A stretch of 64,000 nucleotides of DNA from Tubulanus polymorphus (Eukaryota > Animalia > Nemertea). The DNA lies in contig NC_134027.1 in the NCBI RefSeq assembly GCF_964204645.1, forward strand, positions 868,001-932,000. The letters run 5' to 3'. Of the stretch, positions 24,272 to 37,500 are shown piece after piece. Both the position numbers and the translations under genes were made by a program. A model generated the notes under the pieces. It did not search any database. It worked only from the letters and a program-made list of their open reading frames with translations, and was not told the origin of the DNA. Numbering within the stretch: position 1 is the first letter of the stretch; each line of letters begins with the position of its first letter.

Positions 24272-27186
24272 CTAATCTCTTAAGAGATATTCACAAGGTA
24301 AACTGGCGGAGGCCTGACTGGGGGCGGCGTCTTCGAACAATTCACGACCGTGCATACCATAATCTACAAATCATAGAACATAAACAAACATTAATATTAG
24401 TGCTTGATTTGTCAGTTCGCCCACTTTGATTTCTGACTATTCCCTGACATGTTGTTTTGATCTATCAATTAAAGCAGTCAAATATCCAACACATAGACGG
24501 GAACTGTTTGACTTTACACATGATTTAGCAATCTCAAATAATTTCCCTGAGTTAAACCTTTTTTTTTTACAAAATTCCCCAACTATTCCCCGACCTTTAT
24601 GTAGACAAGAGGAATTCGTACCTGATTCGAAAGTGGTTAAACTTGAATTCGTCGTTAACGTTGTTTTCGCTATAGATTCATGAGCGAATTTCTGCAAGAA
24701 TTGAATCGGATCAAGAATCTCGATTCCGAGATTCTCAACAACGACTTGAATCGATTTTTTCTTAGACGCGCCTTAAAAAAAGGAAACGAGAATAATTCAA
24801 AACATTACTTATTGATTCATGAGGTTCCTGAAAGAGTTCAGGTTTTGCCTCTGGGCCCAAAAATAAACTATAAAGAATGAAGACAGCGTTAAACAAGTAT
24901 TGTGAAACCGAGTTGACTCGATGCTCAGGTGTTTGACTGACCGATGAGAAATGGTCCATTCAAACCTTAAAGCCATCTTACTCCTAGTAATCAGGACAGA
25001 TGTCAGATTCATAGGTTTATGAAGTCGCAAATACGAGACATTACGTATAAATGAGGTCGCTATAAGTTACAGAGGATTAACACTATCTGTTCACTGTCAA
25101 CAGAGACCCACATTTCTATTATCTACCATTGCAACTGATATTTCATTGGGCTGTATTTGTCCTGTAAAGGTGTATTAATACAGTACAGCACACTATTGTG
25201 GTAGGGTTCAGTAGCAGACGACTGTCTGCCTTCGTTATAGTTCTTATCCAGCTGTATAGGTGTCACCACATACATGCAACATCAAAAATAAGTTAAACGC
25301 TATCTGGTACGGGTATTATCTAGGAATGAACTGGTTAAACTGGTTAAAATGGTTAACTGGTTAAACTCACCGGATAAAACGATGATATGTCTGAATATTT
25401 TCGCGTGTTTAGTTTGTTGTTGTAGGACGCATGGTAGATATTCCTGTACAGGTTTCGGATGAATGTCGCAGTCGTGTTTCGGCAGTAATTCGACGACTCC
25501 CGACGATCGATACTCCGTTAACATCGATAACATTCGATTTACGTCTGATTGAACTTTACCAGACGATCGTTGATCCCTACAAACATAATTACATGAGTTC
25601 TAAAAAATCTCGTGAAATCCGAAATTAAAGTAATCAGGGTTCAGTTTCACCAAAAAGTTTAACTCAAATTTTTGGTTACTTCATGTTTACAATGAGGGCA
25701 ACAATTCAAACTGAACCGTTTTTGGCTTACACGTGAAACTGGGCCCAGAAATCACTTACAAAAAACTGATGGATTATTGATGCATTTTTTTGCCATCAGT
25801 AAGAATTCAAACCAACAGAAAATTCAGTATTTTTCAGGCTAACATGACATCAACACCCCCTATTCTTTAGAGGATCTCGACAATTCAGAGGGACAGATTT
25901 TTTTCCTTTTCAGGACACAAAATGGAACCATCATCCACCAGGGCCCAGTTTCACACAAAGTTTTAACTCTTAAATCGATGTAATTTCTTCATTAATTCAG
26001 TTTATCTTAAATCGATTTAGGCGTTAATCCTTTTTGTGAAACTGGGCCCTGACATTAGTAAATATTCCTGGGAGAAGAGCCTTCACTCTGCTTCAAAACG
26101 CACTTCAAATAGACCACTAACCCGAAACAAGTTAACAAATCACAATCACATATCATAAAGGGTAGGTCCATTAAAACAGGGTCGAAATGGGATTAAATAG
26201 GTTCAAATAGGATCAACAGGTCACCTTTTATTTTACAAGGTGGAAATTAATCATTTCTTCTTTGCAAAAACACCAGATAATAATCAAATTTCAACAATCA
26301 CCGCAGGTAAATCAGGAATAGTTCATTTCGGGAGGTTGCGCCTCAAATCAGAATCTCGCAAACTTCTCAACCATTTTAACGAAATCAACAATAATTTGGA
26401 ATACGGTAAATAACCCTTATTTTTCATCTAAAATGTGGTACTTACCCTAAATAAAGACAAATGAGAACATTTTTAGTACAAGATTTGATAGAAGTTTCAG
26501 TAAAATGATTCCTTAATTCGTTCTGGTTTCGTACGAAAGCAAAAAACTCGCAAATTAAAATCAGAGATGAAATTGATACTTACTTCGCCACTGCTAGTTT
26601 ACAAACAATCTGAGAATGAATCTTCATAATCCACGGGTGACCGGCGCTTTGTTGTGATTTCATGAATTTCAGAATCTGCTCCAGAACGGCTAAAAATAGA
26701 GAAAATAGATAATATGAAGCAGATTGAAGAAGGGGAGAACATTGAGGCGAGTGTTAGTTAAAACTTACATGGGCTACATTTCATGAGAATATCATCATCA
26801 GGAATAACTAGTCCTCCTCTGACGAACATCGGTGTATAAGTGTGATTCTTTAAATCAATCACGTCGTTAAAACTGTAGAATTTCACGTCTGATTTCTGTC
26901 TTAATTTCAAACTGTTCGGAATCTGATGAAGATGCTTCAGTTGACTGTTGTGTATGAATACGTGTATGTGACTGTCAGCTTTAGTCGGTGATATTATATT
27001 TACATTATACGGGTCAAATGTTTTTACGCCTTGTTTCTTTAAATATTCCTGTAACGAAAATATATCCGAGATAGAATCGATACCAAAATCTCCGCCATGA
27101 TATTCCCCTATGACATCATCGATTTTGATTATGAATGACGAATTGCATTTCACTTCAGTAGAAAATTGAACCTCATTAATATGATT
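24272..27186 (-). CDS. TASOR: TASOR C-terminal PIN-like region exons
   Basis: HVFIHNSQLKHLHQIPNSLKLRQKSDVKFYSFNDVIDLKNHTYTPMFVRGGLVIPDDDILM...WIMKIH...GVVELLPKHDCD...YLPCVLQQQTKHAKIFRHIIVLS...ENLGIEILDPIQFLQK parallels the TASOR C-terminus. Confidence 0.85.
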
Positions 27187-28268
27187 CTGTTTAACACAAA
27201 ACCTGTTTAAAATTAGGATGATTTCCAGCATGTCCCGGCTATAAAATATTTATATCAATCCAGATTTGGATAATACAAATCCTGTTTAGACACTTTTGCC
27301 CATAAGATTTGTAATAAAGAGGTTACACTGCAGTTGCATAAAATAACGAAGCAACTAATTCAATGGTGCAGCCATGAATCCATATCAGCAGTAAAACGGG
27401 AGGTGAATGAATGAATGAATTTACCTGGACCGATGATTTCAGAGGTCCGTCCGTCTGACCCCCGGTAAATACATATGCAAATAACTGTTGTCTACTGGTC
27501 GTCGTAACAACTGCATTTGCTGCTGCTGTGGTTGAAAGGTTTGGTAGTTTTGAAGTTGCAGACCGTGATACTGATGATGAGTTGCCTGTTGAAGATGTTG
27601 CAGAGCACCGTACTGATGCTGTTGTTGTTGCCACGGATTTAGAAACGGCTGCTGCTGCTGCTGCTGATGCTGGTGCTGTTGATGCTGCTGGTGCTCTTGG
27701 TTGTAGAGTGGTTGGTATAATTGCAGCTGTGGGGCGACGCTCTAAAAAAATCACATAAACAGAAGAGATTCATTTTTTCGGGCAGAAAATTAACATCCGA
27801 TTGACTGGCCGACTGACTGACCAGGTGACCGACCCAACCCTAAAATTAACTAAACTCATTAACTTATCAAAATCATTACAGAAAATGTGAAAATAACGAC
27901 TTGTAAAAATGGTGAATAACATAGAGAAGCTTCGAACCATTGAAAAAATCAGGCTTAAACTACAGAGCAAAGCAATGGTGGAGCTACATGTGGAGCCAGT
28001 TCCAGTTGTGAGTTGAGATTTGATTCAGAACTAATTCTAACTGAAAGTTAACTTTAACTCACAACCGTGGAACTGAGTAATTCTACATAACGAACAGATT
28101 TCAGAGTTACAGATTTAATCCGTTAAGGCATAGAATAAACTGAGGTAGAGAAAAAATGAGTGAAATAATGACATGATAAAATACGGTGACGCAATAGAAC
28201 GAATAACAAGACAGGCACAGAAATATATTAATAACAAATCATCTCAAAGCAGTTATTTTACTTCTAAG

Positions 28269-28300
<32 letters not shown>

Positions 28301-29501
28301 CACACACACACACGCACACACACACACACACACACACACTATGGACTATAGAATTGAAAACAATTTCTAATCCTGATATATCTCCCGAGAAACTGTTATC
28401 ATTATCAGGTATCTTCTTCATTGAGAAACCGAAAAACACAGAAAACCTTCGACCAAAAATCCGATATTTACACTGGTACCATAAATTTAACTATTGGAAC
28501 AGATTTTTTAAAATAACGACTTAAAATACCTGAACTCCTTTGCCACCGTGAAGATCCTGCATAGTCTATAAGACTCAGGATAGTTTGCAGATTAGACACA
28601 ACAACAGACACATGTGTTTATATTAACAAATGACAGACATTTTAAGCAAGCAAAAAAACATTTACCGAATTCCGTGCAAATTACAGTCCATTTCACTCTG
28701 CCAATCAGAACTCTGTATTCAAAACATCACAACCAATCAGAGTTAGCTCTCCCCATAGTACGGCCAATCAGAGCTAGCTCTCCCCATAGTACGGCCAATC
28801 AGAGCTAGCTCTTCCCATAGTACGGCCAATCAGAGCTAGCTCTTCCCATAGTACGGCCGATCAGAGCTAGCTCTTCCCATAGTACGGCCAATCAGAGCTA
28901 GCCTTCCACATAGTACGGCCAATCAGAGGTCAGAAGTGAGAATAATTATACCCGTACACATTGAGAGTGAAATGAACTAGTATTAAAGAGTTCTGTACAT
29001 ATATGGTGCATTATACATACAAACAACCTTTCTATGACCGGTCATTGACCACCTCTTGCTTTATAAAAACAATCATTTTTAGCCTCTTTAAGTTTCCCAG
29101 ATAGCAATTCTATTGTTCACACACAAGAACTCATGATGCGGAACAATTCAACACAGCATTCAACATACAGAAACCGAAATCATGAATTAAATCAAATCTA
29201 CACAATGAAAATGATCTTCACATCTTAAAATTATATCGTAAAAATTGTCAAGGGTTTGAAAACCAGGAGGGTTTCGGATTTACAATATATTCATGCAAAT
29301 TACACCAAGGATCGAAGGCATAATGAAGGTCATGCACGTGATGTCATAGATTGTTCGCTAACCATAGTTGGAGACTTTACGACAACAAAAGATTATCAGG
29401 GGATTTACTAACATCATGGCAATAAAACCTATTTATCCGTGCAAATATTTCATGCGCCATTCATTCAAGTATTAAATAAAGCCTTAATAATAATAATGAT
29501 G

Positions 29502-29534
<33 letters not shown>

Positions 29535-31476
29535 GTAATAATGATATAATCGTGCGAAACACGTGCAAAAACCTATTGATCAAAAGCAAATCTAACACAT
29601 GAACGAAATTTATAAACAAATTTTGCTATCGGTAAAAAATCTACAATACGTCATCATCTATGAACTAAATAACATTATATATAACAGCACACTGTGCGAG
29701 ACCCTTATGGAAAATGATTGCTTCCATAAAATTCACCGATTACATCATCACAATAGTAACTAGGTAACCCCGTATTATCATCACTAGTGGGCAGTTTGAT
29801 GATGTCATACGGAAATTCATTATTTCAAAGTTCAGAAGCAAAAAAATAAAAACGAGGTGATTTTGTTGTTTTGCAGTAGGCGAGTGATGGGTAGACCCGG
29901 TGTCATAGAAAGGTGGAATAATGAATACTAACACACGAAGCAGCGAGATTATATTTGAGTTTGAATGAATGAAGCACCTTTGTCCGCTCTCTTCAACACT
30001 AAGCGTATACTTTTCTTTGGGCTTTGTTGTTGTTGATTACGCGATTGTGATTCTTTTTTCTTGTTATCGAATTCTTCCTTCCAAGTACAAGTCGATGCAC
30101 TGGTCGACGTACTGGTCGACGCAGTGGTCAACGCAGCCTTTTTTTCATTCAAACCATCCTGTAATTTCACATGACACACTGGAGATTGTCTTCTTATTCG
30201 TTCATTTTCAGTTTAAGTTGTTATGTCTGCTGCTGGTTCAATAACGGTTGAGGTCTGGGTGCCCACGGGCTGCAGTTGATATTCCTCTGCCCACGGGCTG
30301 TAGTTGATGTTCAGCTGAGCTGACAGGTACTCCTGACACAGCGGTTTACAGTTAACAGAATTTACTTGCTCGCGGCAAACATTTTCCGATTGATTTGTTA
30401 AATCATTTTGGGTATCGGGAGAGAAAGAGGATTTAATGAGGTACTTACCTGCGTAGAAATACTTGTTATCTGTGGTATTGAAGACATACGTCGGAGTATC
30501 GGAGCGGGAACGATATCAACTCCCAGAGGATGAATCTCGTGATCGTGGAATCCAGTACGGGTTGTGGTAGTTCTGATTACATTCCTCACATCATCGCCTG
30601 CACCCCCACAGGTGGCGCTACTCGCGCTAACATAAGCCGATCTCTGAGAGGTTTCTGTAACCGTGAATTGTCGGCTGTCTCCCATAACAGGGTCGTATAT
30701 ATTCGTAAATGTATTGTTGAAATATGACGAAGATGTTTTGGCGGATGCCGGCCACTGAATTGAGGACGGTGCCGTGGTTGGGGTAGTCGACGGATGAGAA
30801 GGGTTTGTTATATCCGCTACCAGAGCCGACCACTGACTAGCCTTCCGAGCGGATTCAGTCTGGATCGGTAGCGGTCTCGGACTTCGCTTCTGGATGCGTC
30901 TTTTGGGAGACCGACTTCTGGATCGTCGCAAAGTCCGACTGCGAGAATGACTCCGCGATCGACTGTATGAGCGAGATATCGAATTTCTGCCATAACCATC
31001 TCGAGATTTAGAATGTCTGTCATATCTATCTCGAGACCTTGAAAGTCTGCTAGACCGATCTCGAGATATCGAGCGTCTGCTAGACCGATCTCGAGATATC
31101 GAGCGTCTGCTAGACCGATCTCGAGATATCGACCGATGGCGTCTGCTATTACACGGACTCCTAGAGTAACTACGACTTGAAGCCGATCTGTAACGATTGC
31201 GATATCTCGAAGAACGCTGCAGCGGTGATAGTGATTTCACGGATACCGACGATGGACTTCTGGAATCTCTACCCGATGAATGATGTCGAGGTGGAGAACT
31301 GATCTCAGGAGTTCTACGAATATCTTCGCTTTCGTGAAGTTTTGCTTTTTTCATCAGTTTCCGTTCTGCTCTGCTCTTTCTACGTTTGTTTTTGCGATGT
31401 CGTTTACACTTTCGTTTTGAGATCAATTCGTTGAGATTATTTAACTCTTTGTCGGCGAGGTCGGTTTCTACTTGCA

Positions 31477-31514
<38 letters not shown>

Positions 31515-34500
31515 GTTGATTCGGTAGTTTTAACCCGAGGTATTACAGCTTTAACCGGAACGTTCCTACGTCCAGTCGGTGTCGATGTCTGCGACTTTGG
31601 TAACATTTCCTCTTCCGCCTCTTCGTTAGTTTCATCATCATCATCATCATCCTCATCATCATCTGAAACTTCATCGACTAGTTTAGAGATGACCAGCACG
31701 GCTTGTTCCGGAAGATTCAACTCTTTCATTTTCTCGATCAGTTCCCGTTTTTTCTTCTCTTGTTTCATTTTCTCCGCATTTTTCATCACCTCCGCCGACA
31801 AACTGAATCGATTCGTCGTCGCCGTCGCCGCCGCCGATATCTTTTTAGTCATCACTTTCTTCTCTCCTCCATCTCCTCCTCCTTCACCTGGGTCCTCCTT
31901 ACTGAACGCGACTCCGCCGGATTTATTGCGTACGACTTTAATCGGTGACATGTCCAACCCGGGAATCGTCTTCCTCAGTTTATTCCAGAATTGCATATTA
32001 CTATTGGTTTCGCCCTCGTCGTTTAAACCGGGTATCCTAGTAACCGGTTCATTGTTGTTGGTGTTCGCTGCGTTTGCGTTGATCTGTTGTATATTGGAAA
32101 CAGCCGAGTGTAACCACGGATTGTGCATCATTGCCATCCTCGACACGGGAGGTACTCCTCGCTGGTGAGGAGCTGCTAGCGAACTCTCAGCAGACGGATT
32201 AATACCACCGGCGCCACAAATACCGCGACCGGCGCCACAAATACCGCGACCAAACTGATTATTCATTTGAATGTTCTGACCAGAATTTAGCGCGTCGTCC
32301 GAAGACGCTGAATTCTGCTGCACGGATGAGAAATTGTTCGCGCTGCTCGTATAACTTTGTAGAAACTTGCGTTTGGCGGATTCAATTTTCTGTTTATTGC
32401 TAACGATTTCAGCCATCATCGCCGCGTGTTCGCGATCGACGACATCGACCTCGTCTTCGATCGTCTGCTCGTTCTCCGCAGCTGTTTTCACGTATCGTTC
32501 GGTCGCCTCATCGATTCTCTCCTGATTCCGGATGATCTCGGAAATCATCGCTCGCTCGTCGATTTTACGCTCGTTGTCGTCGTCGACGATGAATTCTTGC
32601 AGTATTTGTCGAGTTTTCGTCTCGAGGCGTTCGTCTAGAATTGTCTGCGAAATGGCGGATATCGCCGGGAAATGTCGACCGCTATTCGTGTCAGAATCAG
32701 ACGCTTCTCCCTCTACACTGACCTCCTCCTCATTCAGACCTTTACAAACTTCAATCAGCGAGTTTTCTAATTCATTCATCGATTCCGTCGCGATGGAAAC
32801 TGTTTTCGAATGTCGTTCAGTTTCGGGTTTATTAGTATCTTTATTCTTCGTGTTCTTCTTTCTACTTTGACGAAGAGCCTTCAACAGGACACTTTTACTG
32901 CATCGATGAACTCCGCAACGTTTACGTTTACGCTTAAACACAATCGGAATTTCATCCGACTTTGTCTTAACCTTTTCATCCTCATCATCGTTTTCGGTAG
33001 TTTCATCATTTACGGATTCGATTTGCGCCAGCTGGTTTTTCAACTCTTTCTCGGCTGCTTCCAGCTGCGACAAGTTACAATTTTCAGCTATTTCCGTTAA
33101 AGAATCATCGACCTTCTCTTCAACATTTTCATCATTTTCAGTCAATGTAGTTTCCTCTTCTTCAGTAACCGTCACGTCGCTATTAGCGACCAGTTCCTCA
33201 TTGTTTTCAGTTCTAACGCGATCATCATTCGTCGCGACTAGTTTGACCTTGACCTTGTTGTCGTAATCTCGATCTAGGAGATCCCAGGACGTTTCGAAGC
33301 TGTCGTCTGGAGACTGAACTCGACGCACCACGCCGACCTCACCAGCTCCGTCTAACGATAACTTCAGTTTGTGATGACTAGATTTGACGTGTTTTTCCGG
33401 AGAGATTGTCGGAGCGCTCGGAGAATACAGATCCTGTTGAGTTTTAGACATCGCTGTATTTGTATCTACACTCAACGGTTGCATGACGTTATCGAGAAGG
33501 TTTTTGAAATTTAACGCTTCTTGACTGAGAAGTTTTTTAAACGGAGATTTCGAGCTACGTCCGATGTACGAGACCTCCGAATTAATAACAGCGCTATCGA
33601 CACTATCAGCCCGACCCACAGCATCATCCGGATTATTACTGTTTTTAGTGTCGGACACTATTTGATGGACAGCGGCTTTAGTTTTCATAATTTCATCTTT
33701 AAAAGCTTTCATAATCGGATCGTTCTCTTCCGCGCTGCGTGAGGAAATCAGTGAAGATGTCGTAACTAATTTCGTCAGTTTCGGGATGTATTTCGAGGAT
33801 GTTTGGACGATATTCTGAACATTATCATCGAATTTCTCGTTGACCGCTCGACAAGTTTCATCGACTTGGTTTCCATCATCGGGATTAAACAGTTTCGCAA
33901 AATTCAACTTCTTCAGCGGAGCGGCCTTCGAAACGACGGTGCGATCTTTCGGGGACTGCGTCCCGTCGCCGTACAAGACTTCGTTCTCTTTTTCGATTTC
34001 AGCGATTTCGTCTTTGAAAAGTTTCATAGAGCGCGATATCGGAGACAGTTCTTTCTGTTTATCGTTCGAACTCTCCGTATTTGGTATCAAACCGTCGATT
34101 GTTGCTGCGACTTGCTCGGTATTATTATCAGTAACTGTCGGTAAATCCTCGTCGAGTTGTTCAGTAATCTTACCGATAGATTTTGCTGAATTTCGTAGTA
34201 AATCGACGATAGTTGAAGCGTTTTTATCGACAAGTTTCTCCGTTCCCGGGTTCCGATCCATTTGTAAACAGTTCTCATCTGATGCATATTTAGTCGATTG
34301 TTCTGAATCTGACGGTAAATTGATGGCAGTGGAAGCTTTTTTAAGTCGTTCACCGGTTTCAGCGCATTTATCCTGATCTGAATCGGATTTTCTCTCGGAT
34401 TCCGTTAGTTTCGATTCATGAATCGAAGTCGTCTCCTCAAAATTATTGTTCTTTTTCAGACTGTTATTATTTTGTCCATTGTGAACGAGCGGCGTTAAAA

Positions 34501-37500
34501 TCTCTGATTTCTTCGCGTTGAAATCCTGCGCAACTTTTCGCAACATTGATTCGAGATTTCGATAAAACCGATGAGGACTCGGCGAGGCTGGCGGCTCCGC
34601 GTAATTTATCGGTTTCGAACGAGGTTTCCACGGCGATACCGCTATCTTAGCGGTTTCATCGACGCGACTTTGCGGCGGTTTTTCGAAATCGACGGTTACC
34701 ACGACGGCGTGAAGATTAACGGCCGAGATATCCACAACAATCGAATCATCCTCGACGTCGAGCCCTAACAACCGTCGCTGGGGTCGCGGATCCTCTAAAT
34801 CTGGATTGATTTCAACTTTAACTCGCGGTAAAATGGAGACAGTTGACGGGAAATACTCTAAAAATAGAAAACAATTTTCAATTAAAATTCATATTTTACA
34901 TATAACGGCTTCGAGGCTGATTACACAGAATAGGCTCACATTTAAGACCAGTCTAAGCCAATTTTGTTTCTATAACTTATCTAAAAACTTAAAATCAGTT
35001 TTAAGATTTTAGACCTCTTTCGGATGTAATTCGTGATTGTGCAACTGATGCCAGAAAGTCAAACAACACTGGGTGCAGTTTATCAGAGAAGTTAAATTCC
35101 GTATAGCGGTAGAAATACTCGTAGCCGGCAGAAAATGTGCGTTAATTCAGCTTATGTCGAATTGATTTAGGAATTAAATGTTTTTCTGAGACTGTTGGAG
35201 ACCGGACGCTCAACTCTTACCGATCATTGTAAACTCTCGATCGATCGGGTGTAGTTTATATTCCCCTTTACGCTTCTTTTTCGTTTCGAAGAACAAACAC
35301 AGTGGCGCCACCTCCTCGATACTGAGCACGCTCTCGACATCTACGGAGAAAAAAGTAAAACTAGGTCAAACAACGGCAAAAATTGGAATCGATAGAACAT
35401 AACATGAATAACACAATTTCGGCGAGAACTACAAAGTGTTGAGTCTAAAATGAACTCTATAGAGAATCCCAAAATAATAACAAAATGTTGATAAGTCCAA
35501 AAGTGTTTCCTTGAGCTAGTGTAGTTTTATTCAACGTTTGGACTATATCCTAACAGTCATCTTCAGGAATGAGTATTTTTCAGACTTACTATTTCTAATA
35601 GTTATCATTGTGGTATTCTCTATAGATTATCGTCATAATACGGATCGTGTTTTATCAATGATTATCTAAAATGAATTGTTTGTTTTTTTTGTGAGATTTT
35701 TGTGCAACTGATGCAGAAATGATGGAAAGAATTGAGAGCGAGTTAAGTGAGATGAAAACAGGGAGACAATCATTCTATCATGCACCAAAAACAAGAAGCA
35801 ATAATCGGTTTAAGATTGGCAACATGCTGAGCTGGAAATAAACACTGGAACTGAAAATAACAAGAAATACATGCGTCATACACAGAATGCCAACTCGCAG
35901 TCAGATATTGAGATTAAGATTTCAAGACGTCAGAGAATTAGATCATGAAGCGGACCGATCTAAACACATGTCCCATCGGTCCCAGGACATGTATATTCTT
36001 ATTGGGGCAAGCAGGTTATTATTTTCACTTGTCCGCCGGGATAGTGCATTTTATGTTTCAAAAATTTTTTTCTCGTTCGATTCAACAGATGATTGTGCCT
36101 CCTGTGCCTCCAGTCGGACTGCCTGTGTGGCGCAAGTTGATTTTTGACGGGCTTTTATTCCTTAGATCGGACCCCGAGTAAGGTACCCACAGACCAGGAT
36201 CCAGTTCCACAGTCATGAGTTAACTTCGAGTTTAAATCAGTTCATTTTCAATGAGTTAACAACTCTGAGTCAAATCTTAACTCACAACTGTGGAACTGGA
36301 TCCAGTACGTCAAGAAGCTACGATTCCCGATACAACATTTAAACTATGAATAACTGAGGATAGTGATAATGTAATCATCTCATCTGAAGTGGCTTAAACA
36401 GTTGGCAATCTGTCTCTACATACACTACATATAACCTGTACCACGAAAACTGTATGGAACTTAATCAAGTCGTTATTTGTTTCGTGATGGGCACACCCTC
36501 TTTATGGTATTTTTAGGAACCAGTGAACACTTTTCATTGAAATTTCAGTGACTTGTGACCGAGTACAAATGACTTATTGAAGACATGAATTTGACCGTGT
36601 ATCACTGTTGACATAACGAATATGTGTGATATGGCTCATCTTTGTAATTTGATTGCACGTATAAGCGTAAAAATCATAACAGGAAAACATCAATTCAAAT
36701 CTTCTGACAGTTTTAGATGTTTTTACTGACCACATTGACTATCCATTACAATACAAAACCTGATACTTAGAGAATTGGCACAAGTTAAACTTGCCGTGAC
36801 CAGTCATTTATGCCTTATTGACTTTCAATAGGTATGAATGGTACAATTGAAAAGTGAGGTCCGTGGAAATCAGAAGCTATTCTGTTAAGCCACAATACTC
36901 AGCCACAATAAGTGTCTAACCTTCAATTTGAAATCAAAAAGTCGTAGAAAAAATCATTTTTCTAAATAAATCTTCTTAAAAAATCTTATCATGAAACAAA
37001 CACTGGATAAAGTTTGGTATAGTTTTCGTAGGACAGGCTGGTTGTGTACGCAACTTTAACGATGAGAAATTAATGATTTATTGTTAGTAAGAATCAGGCA
37101 TGAAAAGTTACTACGCAGCAATTAGCTAGGAATATTTTAACCGAAAAATTTGGCCAATAATTCAATAAATGTTTCTCATGCAACCAATTCCCATTTCAAT
37201 AACAAATCGTTATTTTATCCATACTGATATTTTGTTGTAAACATTTCATATTTTGTGTTAGTAAATCTAATATAACATTTAGGGGTCAGTTTTATACATA
37301 AATTCATTGACAATAAGATATCCATTTTCTAAAACAAATTAAACCAAAAAATTCAGATAGATTTCGTGAAAATATTGAATCACTTCATGAAACTTTCATC
37401 AAATGTTTGATGCCTGACTTTATGGAGAATCATTTTACAATATTTTAACATTTTGAAAGTTTTCTGATTTACCACAAAACAATCTGGGGCCGGTTTCATA

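Noticed and set aside
31386-34376. Several + strand ORFs up to 260 aa (also 43089-43883 and 40926-41243)
   Set aside because: Antisense shadows of long low-complexity TASOR exons.
30398-34771. The 1457-aa ORF as an independent intronless gene or retroelement ORF
   Set aside because: No RT, integrase or gag motifs; it begins at a splice acceptor in phase with upstream TASOR exons and ends at a consensus donor.
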